Shown here: piece after piece, positions 63,265 to 64,000 of the stretch | Layout: every line of letters starts with the position of its first letter | Position numbering within the stretch: the first letter of the stretch is position 1 | From: a virus | Taxonomy: Duplodnaviria; Heunggongvirae; Uroviricota; Caudoviricetes | Length of the DNA: 64,000 nt | Strand: one strand, 5' to 3' | Virus record (IMG/VR): IMGVR_UViG_2687453424_000001 | The notes under the pieces: model-generated | Told to the model about the DNA's origin: nothing | Databases searched by the model: none | The model's input: the letters and a program-made list of their open reading frames with translations, nothing else | Made by a program: the position numbers and the translations under genes

Positions 63265-63592
63265 GGTTGTGTTTTTCGTAATTCCTTTTCTGTATGCTGA
63301 GCTCAGATATGGCAGAAAGAAAATGCGTCTTGATCACCAAATTGAAGATAAGCAACATGAACAAGGAGATTCTCAATGAGGAAGGGGCAAATCCTGTCGG
63401 TGATTCTAATGAAGAAGGCCACGACGTACGGTTGTGTTTATCGTAATTCCTTTCTGTGCGCTGATCTCAGATATGGCAGAAAGAAAGTGCGTCTTGATCA
63501 CCAAGTTAAGGATGAGCAACAAGAACAAGGAGATTCTCAATGAGGAAGGAGCTGATTCTACCGGTGATTCTAATAAAGAAGGCCATGGCGTA
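63265..63592 (+). repeat. tandem duplication (2 x about 164 bp) covering the 5'-UTR, ATG and first about 40 codons of the SAP30-like gene
   Basis: Copy 1 (63265-63428) reads ggttgtgtttttcgtaattcc...atatggcagaaagaaaatgcgtcttgatcaccaa...gaaggccacgacgta. Copy 2 (63429-63592) reads ggttgtgtttatcgtaattcc...atatggcagaaagaaagtgcgtcttgatcaccaa...gaaggccatggcgta. Identity is about 88% by eye. Confidence 0.85.
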
Positions 63593-63840
63593 AAATTGAA
63601 TGTGAACTTGGTAAAACTCGGGACAGATTCATTGAGAAGATATTGCAAGTTCTACAATATTGACAACATCGATTCTGATTCATCAAGGAACAAATGCTCA
63701 ATGCTCAGTGCTGTGCAGCAGCATTTTGCCTCACAACCACCATTGGATGAGCAACAAGTGATTCCTAACTTCGTTGATGCAGCGAGGAGACTGCACAAGG
63801 ATGGAAAGCCTAAAGATCGAGTGATTCATCATGCAATTGC
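63473..63840 (+). CDS. SAP30-like (Sin3-associated polypeptide, histone deacetylase complex subunit) protein; 5' part of CDS, 3' boundary unresolved and runs off the window
   Basis: Translation MAERKCVLITKLRMSNKNKEILNEEGADSTGDSNKEGHGVKLNVNLVKLGTDSLRRYCKFYNIDNIDSDSSRNKCSMLSAVQQHFASQPPLDEQQVIPNFVDAARRLHKDGKPKD. The pattern (V-x-L-x-KL...LRRY...F-N-...L...AVQ-HF-SQ...DE-QVI-x-F-V-x-AA-RL) matches the SAP30 Sin3-binding domain as I recall it. The open frame continues to 64000 but probably contains an intron that I cannot place. Confidence 0.55.
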
Positions 63841-64000
63841 TGGACTGATTCTGTTGAGGCAAATATATATATATATAATTTATGGATTTTGGTGGTTGAC
63901 GGATGATCTGGCTGCTGTTGGATATCTTTTACTTTTCTATGATGTTGAAATTTCTAAGGATCAGAATGATGCAGGTCCTTTTCTCTTTTTGCCTATCTAA

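Overview
This is plant (eudicot-like) nuclear DNA, not prokaryotic: the genes are spliced with GT-AG introns, intergenic DNA is AT-rich, and there are microsatellites and transposon-like repeats. I found no CRISPR array, operon or defence-island-like structure, so nothing here supports a novel 'system'. About 28.4 kb (44%) of the window is N in seven sized gaps, so the six-frame ORFs made of 'X' are artefacts and the content of those gaps is unknowable. Four protein-coding genes are supportable by reading the sequence: (1) a 3-exon JOX/JRG21-like 2-oxoglutarate/Fe(II)-dependent dioxygenase, minus strand, 1490-3401, 361 aa; (2) a 7-exon CPK13-like calcium-dependent protein kinase, minus strand, 27901-32548, with its start codon lost in the adjacent gap; (3) a 2-exon GT-3a/GT-3b-like trihelix transcription factor, plus strand, 52487-53458, 266 aa; (4) the 5' part of a SAP30-like (Sin3-associated) gene, plus strand from 63473, preceded by a tandem duplicate of its own 5' end. 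The most interesting structures are repeats: a roughly 380-bp inverted-repeat pair flanking gap 2 (TIR or foldback-like), a roughly 1-kb direct-repeat pair 8 kb apart (possible LTRs), and a palindromic 22-bp minisatellite array. All protein similarities are recalled from memory of Arabidopsis homologues, not from a database search.
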